From an uncultured Muribaculaceae bacterium (GTDB taxonomy: Bacteria > Bacteroidota > Bacteroidia > Bacteroidales > UBA932), in assembly GCA_964383385.1 (NCBI GenBank), contig CAYLGW010000006.1, forward strand, positions 21,113 through 85,112: a stretch of DNA of 64,000 nt. Reading direction: 5' to 3'. Below, one piece after another: positions 28,094 to 36,590 of the stretch; the stretch's first letter is position 1, and every line of letters begins with the position of its first letter. The translations under genes and the position numbers were made by a program. The notes below the pieces were generated by a model. That model saw only the letters and a program-made list of their open reading frames with translations. It made no database searches and was not told where the DNA came from.

Positions 28094-28416
28094 TATTTGA
28101 TCTCCTCACCTGATTTTTTAGCATAACGGACTAATTTCCCCTTATCACCTATACGGCGACCTATTTTGGTTGGTCCTCCTTTAGAAGGATCAACTACCTG
28201 TAGATTGGAAATGTGTATTCCTGCCTCTTGTTTGATAATACCTCCCTGAGGATTTTTAGCATTAGGTTTAGTATGTTTACTTACCATATTTAAACCCTCG
28301 ACGATAGCACGAGACTTGTCTGTATCAACCGACATAACTTTTCCGGATTTACCCCTTTCGTTGCCGGCATTTACAAAAACCATATCGCCTTTCTTAATAT
28401 GTAATTTATTATTCAT
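28093..28416 (-). CDS. rplX: 50S ribosomal protein L24
   Basis: [27 protein letters not shown]...; I prefer the ATG at 28416. Confidence 0.93.
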   Translation of the reverse strand: MNNKLHIKKGDMVFVNAGNERGKSGKVMSVDTDKSRAIVEGLNMVSKHTKPNAKNPQGGIIKQEAGIHISNLQVVDPSKGGPTKIGRRIGDKGKLVRYAKKSGEEIK

Positions 28417-28435
28417 AATAATTTCCTCCATTAAA

Positions 28436-28801
28436 TTATAGTACCTCAGGAGCTAATGAAACTATCTTCATGTAATTATCACGCAACTCTCTGGCAACAG
28501 GCCCGAAAATACGTGTTCCGCGAACTTCTCCCTGGTTGTTCAACAGCACACATGCGTTTTCATCAAATCTGATATAAGAGCCGTCCGGACGACGAACCTC
28601 TTTTTTAGTACGAACTACAACAGCTTTAGAAACAGATCCCTTTTTTGCATCTGCGCCCGGGATCGCACTTTTTACGGCGACAACTATCTTGTCTCCTACA
28701 CTTGCGTAGCGGCGGCGTGTTCCGCCCAAAACACGAATACAAAGGACCTCCTTTGCACCACTGTTATCCGCTACCATTAATCTTGACTCTTGCTGTATCA
28801 T
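28436..28801 (-). CDS. rplN: 50S ribosomal protein L14
   Basis: [27 protein letters not shown]... Confidence 0.96.
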   Translation of the reverse strand: MIQQESRLMVADNSGAKEVLCIRVLGGTRRRYASVGDKIVVAVKSAIPGADAKKGSVSKAVVVRTKKEVRRPDGSYIRFDENACVLLNNQGEVRGTRIFGPVARELRDNYMKIVSLAPEVL

Positions 28802-28803
28802 GG

Positions 28804-29058
28804 CTATTTAACTTTTTCTACAATTTCTATTAATCTCCAACGTTTTGTCTTGCTCAAAGGACGTGTTTCCATAATTCTTACGGTATCGCCCTCACTACAC
28901 TCATTTTTTTCATCATGAGCTACAAACTTTGTGGTTTTATTTACGAACTTTCCGTAAATAGGGTGTTTTTCCTTAGTTTTTACGGCAACAACAATAGATC
29001 TTTCCATCTTGTTACTTACCACTACACCAACTCTTTCCTTACGAAGATTCCTTTCCAT
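28804..29058 (-). CDS. rpsQ: 30S ribosomal protein S17
   Basis: 84 aa, ...[19 protein letters not shown]...HPIYGKF...HDEKNEC.EGD.V.I.ETRPLSK.KRW. Confidence 0.95.
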   Translation of the reverse strand: MERNLRKERVGVVVSNKMERSIVVAVKTKEKHPIYGKFVNKTTKFVAHDEKNECSEGDTVRIMETRPLSKTKRWRLIEIVEKVK

Positions 29059-29063
29059 GAGCT

Positions 29064-29264
29064 CTATTTATTATCCTGGTTTTCTAATTGGCTCAACACG
29101 GTGAGCATTCTTGCAATATCTTTCCTTGATTTCTTAATAAGAGAAGTGTTTTCCAAAGGAGAAATTGCATGGTTCAACCTCAATTTGTCCAAAGAAACTT
29201 TCTCGGTTTCTATACGCTCACGTAAATCTTTAGCGGATAGCTCTCGTATTTCTTTAATTTTCAT
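29064..29264 (-). CDS. rpmC: 50S ribosomal protein L29
   Basis: 66 aa, [33 protein letters not shown]. Confidence 0.93.
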   Translation of the reverse strand: MKIKEIRELSAKDLRERIETEKVSLDKLRLNHAISPLENTSLIKKSRKDIARMLTVLSQLENQDNK

Positions 29265-29282
29265 ATCCCAATCTCCTTTAAA

Positions 29283-29705
29283 TTATTCTTCAACATAATC
29301 CCTACGAATAACGAACTTCGTAGTAATAGGTAATTTCTGGGCACCAAGGCGAAGAGCCTCTTTTGCTATTGCCAATGGAACGCCATCGATTTCTATCAAC
29401 ATTCTACCTGGTGTAACAGGAGCAATAAATCCCTCCGGACTACCTTTTCCTTTACCCATACGTACCTCAGCAGGCTTTTTTGTAAATGGCTTGTCAGGGA
29501 AAATTCTGATCCAAATTCTACCCTCACGTTTCATATAACGAACTACGGCCTGACGTGCAGCCTCTATCTGTTGACCGGTCAACCAGCAAGACTCAAGAGT
29601 CTTAATGCCGAAAGAACCAAAAGCCAACTGGCTGCCTCTGTGAGCCAACCCCTTCATGCGGCCTTTTTGCTGCCTTCTAAATTTGGTTTTTTTTGGTTGT
29701 AACAT
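29283..29705 (-). CDS. rplP: 50S ribosomal protein L16
   Basis: [30 protein letters not shown]... Confidence 0.96.
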   Translation of the reverse strand: MLQPKKTKFRRQQKGRMKGLAHRGSQLAFGSFGIKTLESCWLTGQQIEAARQAVVRYMKREGRIWIRIFPDKPFTKKPAEVRMGKGKGSPEGFIAPVTPGRMLIEIDGVPLAIAKEALRLGAQKLPITTKFVIRRDYVEE

Positions 29706-29792
29706 TGTTTCTACAATTTAACAATAATACTGCTGTATCTAATTCTTTAGTTTTCAAAACTTTAGCTGTAACGGAGCTAAAATTGTGGGCTG

Positions 29793-29800
29793 CAAATATA
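29793..29800 (-). promoter_or_regulatory. candidate Bacteroidota -7 promoter box (TATATTTG) for the rplP-led ribosomal operon
   Basis: TAnnTTTG on the minus strand, 87 nt upstream of the rplP ATG, in the 230-bp AT-rich gap that replaces rpsC. A second match (TAAGTTTG) is at 29887-29894. Confidence 0.3.
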
Positions 29801-29935
29801 CACAAAATATTTTATATGCAAACTATTTCGCATATTTTTTTACAAATTTTGGACGATTTTTTTTAATGTTAAAATTACGATTTTCACAAACTTATGAAAG
29901 TGCAAAAAAACAATGAATGGCCAATTTGGAAAATA

Positions 29936-30853
29936 TCATATCGCTCTGATTCCATACTCGGCGAAGAGTGTTTTTACCTCCTCTACCCTCGCTTCGGAAG
30001 GAGTTGCCAGATCAAACTTTTTACTGTTATATTCGGTACCCAATCTTGAATGCTTGCCCTTTGCTATATCGTGATAAGGGAGCAACTCCACTAAAGGAGA
30101 GGGTCCCGGCAATGAAGAGAGAAACTTAGCTGAAGCAATAATATTGGTATCGTCAGAATTGACCCCCTCTATAAGAGGAATTCTTATTATAAAATCCTTC
30201 CCCATCTCTGCAAGTAACTCGATATTATTATGAATAAGCTTGTTATCAACGCCGGTAAACTTTCTATGTAGAACATTATTCATCAATTTTAGATCTACCA
30301 GGAATAATTCACAATTGGCAGCCACCTCCCTTACAATCTCCTCAGAGGCATATAAAGAGGTATCAACACTTCTGTGGAAAGACTCCTCCCCACACTCCTT
30401 TAAAATTGAAAGAAGGAATTTGGGGTGCATGAGCGGCTCTCCTCCACAAAACGTAACACCTCCGCCAGACTCCTCAAAAAACGGCTTCTCCTTGCGTATC
30501 TCACTCATAATCTGCTCTACAGAATAAATTTTCCCGGCCATCTCCATAGCCTTGGAAGGACACACCTCTGCACACTCCCCGCAACAGACGCACTTCGTTT
30601 TATCTGTCAGTACACCCTTGCCTCCTTTATCCATAGAAAGTGCTCCGTGCCGGCAAACACGAATACAACTACCGCAACCTATACATTTATTAAGGGTATA
30701 CATCTTGCTTTGCGCAGGACTCATCCCCTCAGGATTATGGCACCAAGCACAAGACAAAGGACAACCCTTAAAAAAAAGGGTTATCCTTATTCCCGGTCCA
30801 TCATTTATAGAATATCTTTTGATATCAAAAATATAACTCTCCATCACCTCCAA
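29936..30853 (-). CDS. glycyl-radical enzyme activating protein (radical SAM, two extra ferredoxin-like clusters)
   Basis: CPLSCAWCHNPE radical-SAM triad, then CIGCGSCIRVCRHGA and CVCCGECAEVCPSKA. The ORF-track start at 30853 is a TTG; the first ATG is at 30844. It lies 1 nt downstream of the GRE stop. Confidence 0.88.
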   Translation of the reverse strand: MEVMESYIFDIKRYSINDGPGIRITLFFKGCPLSCAWCHNPEGMSPAQSKMYTLNKCIGCGSCIRVCRHGALSMDKGGKGVLTDKTKCVCCGECAEVCPSKAMEMAGKIYSVEQIMSEIRKEKPFFEESGGGVTFCGGEPLMHPKFLLSILKECGEESFHRSVDTSLYASEEIVREVAANCELFLVDLKLMNNVLHRKFTGVDNKLIHNNIELLAEMGKDFIIRIPLIEGVNSDDTNIIASAKFLSSLPGPSPLVELLPYHDIAKGKHSRLGTEYNSKKFDLATPSEARVEEVKTLFAEYGIRAI

Positions 30854-30854
30854 A

Positions 30855-33266
30855 TCAGAAAGTACTATTCTCCGTTCTCTTTATTATCTCCTCCTGATAG
30901 TCGGTATTCATATCATTAAAATAGTCGGAATAACCGGCCATCCTCACAAGAAGATCCCTGTAATTCTGAGGATTCTTCTGTGCATCGCGAAGAGTTGCAG
31001 TATCCACAATATTAAACTGAATATGGTGACCGTCCATTGCAAAATAACTTCTGATAAGGTGGCCGAACTTAACCAAATCCGACTCTTTCTTTAAAAGATT
31101 AGGAATAAACCTCTGATTCAACAACGTACCACCGGTCTTAGTCTGGTCGAGTTTACCCAAAGACTTTACAACCGAAGAGGGCCCGTGAGTATCACATCCC
31201 TGCGAAGGTGAAGTACCATCGGAAATTGGCAATGAAGCAAATCTACCGTTAGGGGTTGCCCCCATAACTTTACCAAAATAGATATGGCATGTGGTTGAGA
31301 GCATATTCATATGATAATGCCCACCTCTAATATTAGGTTTACCATCTATAACATTAAATAGGTCATTAAAGACCCTGACAGCTATCTTGTCGGCATAATC
31401 ATTATCATTACCAAAAAAAGGAGTGTTATTGATTATTCTCTGTCTGAGCACCTCCATGCCTTTGAAATTCTTGCTCACAGCATCAAGCATCTCATTCATT
31501 GTAAGAGATTTATCATCATATACAAACTTTTTGAGAGCGGCAAAACTATCGGTCACGGTACCGAGACCGGTACATTGTATATAATTGGTATTATATCTCG
31601 CCCCTGAATCATAATAGTCTCTTCCTCTCTTAATGCAATCGTCTATTAAAAGGGAAAGAAAGGTTGCCGGAGCATACTTGGCGAACATACGATCTATATA
31701 ATTACTTACCAGCATCTTCTGAGACACTACATACTCAAGTTGTTTATAGAATGCCTTGTATAGAGAGTCGAAAGTCTTGAATTTCAGAGGATCTCCGGTT
31801 GCAATACTAACTTGCTTTCCCGTAACGGGATCAACACCATTATTCAATGTAATCTCAAGAATTTTAGGAACATTAAGATACCCCGTTAGCAAATAAGCCT
31901 CCTTACCAAACGCTCCAACCTCAATACAACCACTGCAACCACCCTCTCTCGCATCAGCAAGAGTTTTACCCTCTCTTACAAGCTCCTTAACATAACCATC
32001 GGAATTAAAGATAGAGGGATAACCATAACCCTTACGTATTACCTTTGAGGCAGCCATAAGGAACTCATCAGGAGTATTTTTACTTATGTGAACCGAGCTC
32101 CCGGGTTGCAAAATATGCAACTCCTCAACCACCTGTAAAATCAGATAAGAGATCTCGCTAACACCGGTAGAACCATCGGTTTTAACACCGCCTAAATTAA
32201 TATTAGTAAAATCGTTATAGGTACCACTCTCCTTGGCGGTAATACCAACCTTAGGGGGAGCCGGATGGTTATTAACCTTTATCCAGAAACACGATATCAA
32301 CTCCTTTGCCCTCTCCGGAGTAATCGTTCCCTCTTTGAGCTCCTTCTCATAGAATGGTTGTAAATGCTGATCTAAATGACCCGGATTCATCGCATCCCAG
32401 CCATTAAGTTCTGTAATGGTACCAAGATGAGTAAACCAATAGGTCTGCAATGCCTCCCAAACATTGCGCGGAGCATGTGCAGGAACCCATTTACAAACCT
32501 TTGCTATCTCCCTGAGCTCCAACACCCTCGCAGCCTTTTTCTTAGCAACTTCAGAATCTACTCTCTTACCTGCGTTAGAAAGTTCATTCTCTATCTCGGC
32601 GGCCATTTTCTCGGCCAAAACTGCATGTCTCTTTGCAAAAAGAATTGCCGCATCACATGAAATATCCATCGCAGTCAACTCTTCCTGCTTATCAGTAGCC
32701 TCAGGATCATTCATAAAATCAAGAGAGTCGAGCTGTTGTCTAATCTGTCTCTTCAGATCCAACATACCATACCTGTAAATCTTCCCGTCGAGAGCAGTAT
32801 GTCCCGGGGCACGTTGCTCCATAAACTCCGTAAAAAGCCCCGCCTCATACAAAGAACGCCAACTCTCAGGAACATGATTAAAAATCCTCTCTCTCTGCGT
32901 TCTTCCTGTCCAATATGGTATTACCTTTTTACGATAAATCTCAATCTCCTCATCGCTTATAGAATATCTCTGCAGCTCTCTCTTCCTTAGCACATTAAAA
33001 TCATCAACCGAATGGCAGGTAAGTTCAGGAAAGGTAGGAACAGCCTTCGGAACAGGACCGCGCTCACCCACTATAAGCTCCTGATCACCTATATATATAC
33101 TCTTCTTTTTACATAAATTATAAAAATTGAGTGCACGCAACACGGGAATAGGGTACTTGCCCTCATTCTTTTTATAAAAATCGGTTTCGAGCAAAGCACG
33201 CTCTATTGACAACGACGGCAGTGCGTTCACCGACAACTCTCTTAAATATTTTATTCTATCATTCAT
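30855..33266 (-). CDS. glycyl radical enzyme, dehydratase/lyase (PFL2-type) class; substrate unassigned, hydroxyproline-dehydratase-like is one hypothesis
   Basis: 803 aa. C-terminal glycyl-radical motif LLVRMAGYSDYF. Thiyl loop GGCSGCIEVG (Cys-x-Glu, not the Cys-Cys of PFL). FTEFMEQRAPGHT and NGWDAMNPGHLDQH motifs. Confidence 0.85.
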   Translation of the reverse strand: MNDRIKYLRELSVNALPSLSIERALLETDFYKKNEGKYPIPVLRALNFYNLCKKKSIYIGDQELIVGERGPVPKAVPTFPELTCHSVDDFNVLRKRELQRYSISDEEIEIYRKKVIPYWTGRTQRERIFNHVPESWRSLYEAGLFTEFMEQRAPGHTALDGKIYRYGMLDLKRQIRQQLDSLDFMNDPEATDKQEELTAMDISCDAAILFAKRHAVLAEKMAAEIENELSNAGKRVDSEVAKKKAARVLELREIAKVCKWVPAHAPRNVWEALQTYWFTHLGTITELNGWDAMNPGHLDQHLQPFYEKELKEGTITPERAKELISCFWIKVNNHPAPPKVGITAKESGTYNDFTNINLGGVKTDGSTGVSEISYLILQVVEELHILQPGSSVHISKNTPDEFLMAASKVIRKGYGYPSIFNSDGYVKELVREGKTLADAREGGCSGCIEVGAFGKEAYLLTGYLNVPKILEITLNNGVDPVTGKQVSIATGDPLKFKTFDSLYKAFYKQLEYVVSQKMLVSNYIDRMFAKYAPATFLSLLIDDCIKRGRDYYDSGARYNTNYIQCTGLGTVTDSFAALKKFVYDDKSLTMNEMLDAVSKNFKGMEVLRQRIINNTPFFGNDNDYADKIAVRVFNDLFNVIDGKPNIRGGHYHMNMLSTTCHIYFGKVMGATPNGRFASLPISDGTSPSQGCDTHGPSSVVKSLGKLDQTKTGGTLLNQRFIPNLLKKESDLVKFGHLIRSYFAMDGHHIQFNIVDTATLRDAQKNPQNYRDLLVRMAGYSDYFNDMNTDYQEEIIKRTENSTF

Positions 33267-33278
33267 AGTATTATAAAG

Positions 33279-34388
33279 TTATTGTTTTACCCCTCCGATA
33301 TGAAGTATTTCGCCCCATACTCTCATTAAATTACCTCCCCAAAAAAGTCTTAAATCCTCCTGAGAATAACCTCTCGAAAGTAACTCCTTTGTAAGAGATT
33401 TCATCTTAGAGCAATTTTCCATCCCCACTACACCGCCACCTCCGTCAAAATCGGTACCTATCCCCACATGCTCTATACCAACAAGATTCTTCACATAATC
33501 TATATGATCGGCAAGTATAGAGACACCTACCTGAGACTTTGGCAAAGAGGAGAGAAAATAGCGGCCGGTAGCTACCTGTATAAGACCTCCGTGCTCAGCA
33601 ATAGCCACCATTTCCGAATCTCTCAAATTACGCGCATTATGCTTAATGTTCCACACTCCGGAATGAGAGGCAATAATGGGAGCCTTACTATATTTTAAAA
33701 CATCCATCAAGGTTGCAGAGGAGGAGTGGGAAACATCTATAATCATCCCAACCTCGTTCATTCTTTGTACAACTCTCTTGCCAAACTCAGTAAGACCTTT
33801 GGTCTTCTCCCCCGGACGAGTTTCGGTGGAAGATTCGCAAATAAGATTATTCTTACTGTGACAAAGAGTAATATACCTTACACCCATATTGAAAAATTCA
33901 TTAATACGCTCAACCTTATCACCTATTCCGTAACCATTTTCGATTGCCATTACAGCACCCCGTTTACCGCTCTTTTTCATAGAGAGCAGTTCCTTAGGAG
34001 AACGGATAAGCACCAGGCTGTCTTTATGCCTCTCTTCATATTTCATAAAGAGCCGTAACTCGTTTTTACACTGTTCATAAACAGAATCGAGCGAAGGCAG
34101 ATCATTCGCTTTTTGCTCCAAATAGACGGCAAAAAAAGCGGCATCCAACCCTCCTTCATACATCTTAGCAATGCTGACCTGCCCTGTACTCAGAGAATTA
34201 TGCCTGCTCGGATGAAGCAAATACGACTCCGAATCATTATGAGTATCGATAGAGATAATTTCTTTATGTATTCTGTTTACCGTCTCGTCGGAGATAATCT
34301 TACGTTGTGCATAAAGCAGCTCTGTATTTGAATATGTTAAAAACAGAGCTACAGACAAAAACAATAATATGTAATTACATTTTTTCAT
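33279..34388 (-). CDS. secreted membrane-dipeptidase family (M19) metallopeptidase
   Basis: Signal peptide (KKCNYILLFLSVALFLTYS), zinc-ligand context SIDTHNDS, ...DVSHSS..., IGTDFDGGGG. I prefer the ATG at 34388 (the ORF-track start at 34391 is a TTG). AAGGAG lies 8 nt upstream. Confidence 0.8.
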   Translation of the reverse strand: MKKCNYILLFLSVALFLTYSNTELLYAQRKIISDETVNRIHKEIISIDTHNDSESYLLHPSRHNSLSTGQVSIAKMYEGGLDAAFFAVYLEQKANDLPSLDSVYEQCKNELRLFMKYEERHKDSLVLIRSPKELLSMKKSGKRGAVMAIENGYGIGDKVERINEFFNMGVRYITLCHSKNNLICESSTETRPGEKTKGLTEFGKRVVQRMNEVGMIIDVSHSSSATLMDVLKYSKAPIIASHSGVWNIKHNARNLRDSEMVAIAEHGGLIQVATGRYFLSSLPKSQVGVSILADHIDYVKNLVGIEHVGIGTDFDGGGGVVGMENCSKMKSLTKELLSRGYSQEDLRLFWGGNLMRVWGEILHIGGVKQ

Positions 34389-34416
34389 CAATTGAACTCC
34401 TTAATTAAAAAATAAA

Positions 34417-35745
34417 CTATTTCATCACTCTTCTTAACAATAGCAACAACACGGAAATTACTATACAACCAATCATGAGCCACGAACCCATACCATTGAC
34501 AAACATTATAGGAACAAATGTTATAAGCAAAATCTCCACAGGTGCTATCGGCAAATAGGCAATGGCATAATCCTCCATTGTCTTGCTTTTAAATTTAGGG
34601 TCTACTATTCTCAACAGTGCTATACCCATTGCCATTGTCCCTGTCCACCATCCCCACGCAAAAATAGAGCGTTCGAACCAGTACGAGCTGAGAAGTTTTC
34701 TTCCCAAATAAAATGTTATAAAAAACACAACTACTACTCCAAATAATATTAATAAAGCAAGAGGAGCCGCATATTTTAACACAACATCCAACTTAATTGA
34801 GGCAACTCCGCAAACCACAAGAAGATCCGTAAAGAAACTGCTCAACCTCTGTGTAGTCTTCACACAAATATAATCGCTTACTTTTGTGGCATCGAATAGT
34901 TTTTTCAATATTAAACCCGCAACAAAAGCACAACTGAATACAGGCAGATCAAGTTTGGGATAGTAGTATTTTACCCCCATACTCATCAAATAACCAAAAA
35001 ACGCCGCAACAAAGACCAACGCCATATGAAATGTCAGAGAATCAATAGAAATTGAAGAGGTTGTAGCCTCGCCTATAGATTCTCTATTATTCTTTGGAAC
35101 CAAACCGTTTTTCAATTCATTCGGCAGTTCAGAAAAATCCGTAATAAATGAGGTATATTTTTTTCTGGCAGCAATTTTAACTATAACAAGTCCACCAATA
35201 ATCGCAAGTATAATTCCTACAGTAGCAGTTGTCATGCCAAGACTTCTTGCCTCATCCCAACCCAAATTTTCAAATGCTGAACCTACTGCAGCTGCAGTGC
35301 CGTGTCCGCCATAAAAACCGGTAGGGAGCATTATTCCAAAGGCTTCATTAAGATTAGGCCAAATAGCCATCAGTACATAAATACCAAAAACACCCACAAT
35401 ACCCCATTGAAGAAGCATTCCCACCTGAGCATAAATCCATATAGGACCTACTCTGTGCGTCACCTCTTTAAAGGAAACATTAGGAGACGAAAAAGCAAGA
35501 GAACCAAACACAAGCGCAATCATTATTGCCGAATATGAACCTAAATTCCCGGAAAGAGGCAGATAGTCAAGCCCGTTCGGGCCAAATGTAAGTCCCAAAA
35601 GACCGGCAATAAGGCTGGGCGGGATAAAGAGTTGTTGTATAAGTTTTATTTTAACCCTAAGAAGTTTTGAGAAAAGAAGCAGAGCGCACACAATTCCAAA
35701 ATCAGTAAAGAGAGACCATGGCGTAAAATTGGAAAGATCGAACAT
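34417..35745 (-). CDS. GltS-family sodium/(glutamate-like) solute symporter
   Basis: 442 aa polytopic protein. Collinear with E. coli GltS, including the GFYGGHGTAAAVGSAFENLGW segment (GltS: LSGGHGTGAAW). Confidence 0.75.
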   Translation of the reverse strand: MFDLSNFTPWSLFTDFGIVCALLLFSKLLRVKIKLIQQLFIPPSLIAGLLGLTFGPNGLDYLPLSGNLGSYSAIMIALVFGSLAFSSPNVSFKEVTHRVGPIWIYAQVGMLLQWGIVGVFGIYVLMAIWPNLNEAFGIMLPTGFYGGHGTAAAVGSAFENLGWDEARSLGMTTATVGIILAIIGGLVIVKIAARKKYTSFITDFSELPNELKNGLVPKNNRESIGEATTSSISIDSLTFHMALVFVAAFFGYLMSMGVKYYYPKLDLPVFSCAFVAGLILKKLFDATKVSDYICVKTTQRLSSFFTDLLVVCGVASIKLDVVLKYAAPLALLILFGVVVVFFITFYLGRKLLSSYWFERSIFAWGWWTGTMAMGIALLRIVDPKFKSKTMEDYAIAYLPIAPVEILLITFVPIMFVNGMGSWLMIGCIVISVLLLLLRRVMK

Positions 35746-35809
35746 TTTAGTATAAATTAGGTTAGGTAAAGTTTTTAAAAAAAATGGAATGTTTTTCGCA
35801 TTTGAGTGT

Positions 35810-35817
35810 CAAAGATA
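35810..35817 (-). promoter_or_regulatory. candidate -7 box (TATCTTTG) for the transporter-dipeptidase-GRE-activase operon
   Basis: TAnnTTTG on the minus strand, 64 nt upstream of the symporter ATG. Confidence 0.35.
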
Positions 35818-35829
35818 ATAAAAAGGAAT

Positions 35830-35837
35830 TAATTTTG
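35830..35837 (+). promoter_or_regulatory. candidate -7 box (TAATTTTG) for the DUF4294-like gene
   Basis: TAnnTTTG 12 nt upstream of the ATG at 35850. This supports the shorter start. Confidence 0.35.
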
Positions 35838-35849
35838 GGGCACATTTAT

Positions 35850-36515
35850 ATGCAAAAATATTTAGTCATATTATTTTTAACACTTACTTTGCCGTTACAG
35901 GCTCAGCAGACAAAACAGCAGAGAGATTTGCAGGAGATGATCCCAGATGTATTGCCGCCGGCAAAAGGAGGACTGATGGGGTTCAAGGTTGAGATGGGCG
36001 ATACGGTCTATTTCGACAAACTCGCTCCCGTCTATGTTTTCGATAGACCAAACCCTTGGACAAAGAGAAAACAATGGAGAGACTACTACAAGACAGTCTA
36101 TAATTTTAAAAAAGTGTATCCTTACGCACTCCTTGCCAAGAGAATAATACTTGAAGCCGACAGTACAATTACCAACTCAAATTTCACGAGAAGAGAACGT
36201 GACAAATATGTAAAACAATATGAGAAGAGACTCTTCAAAGAGTTCGAAAAACCTCTTAAAAACCTAAGTTTTTCACAAGGAAGACTCCTACTTAAATTGA
36301 TAGACAGAGAGGTGGGACAAACCTCCTTCTATATAATAAAAGGTTATAAAGGAACCTTGACAGCAGGTTTTTGGCAATTTGTCGCAAAGATATTCGGTTC
36401 CGATCTCAAAAAGCCATATGATAAATACGGTGAGGATAAAGTTGTTGAGGAACTCGTCAAAATGTATTACAACGGCTCCTTCAATAGCCTATACTACTCA
36501 ATGTTCAGAGAGTGA
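35850..36515 (+). CDS. secreted DUF4294-like protein
   Basis: Signal peptide MQKYLVILFLTLTLPLQAQ. The LSFSQGRLLLKLIDREVGQTSFYIIKGYKG segment resembles DUF4294 (recollection-level call). Confidence 0.5.
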   Translation: MQKYLVILFLTLTLPLQAQQTKQQRDLQEMIPDVLPPAKGGLMGFKVEMGDTVYFDKLAPVYVFDRPNPWTKRKQWRDYYKTVYNFKKVYPYALLAKRIILEADSTITNSNFTRRERDKYVKQYEKRLFKEFEKPLKNLSFSQGRLLLKLIDREVGQTSFYIIKGYKGTLTAGFWQFVAKIFGSDLKKPYDKYGEDKVVEELVKMYYNGSFNSLYYSMFRE

Positions 36516-36553
36516 CCCCGGAACACCTGCAATATCTTATACAAAATAACTAC

Positions 36554-36587
36554 AAGAGGCTGTCTAAAAAAATTCAGACAGCCTCTT
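36554..36587. terminator. bidirectional hairpin between convergent genes
   Basis: 12-bp perfect stem (AAGAGGCTGTCT / AGACAGCCTCTT) with an A/T-rich loop. It abuts the stop of the kinase fragment. Confidence 0.6.
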
Positions 36588-36590
36588 CAT

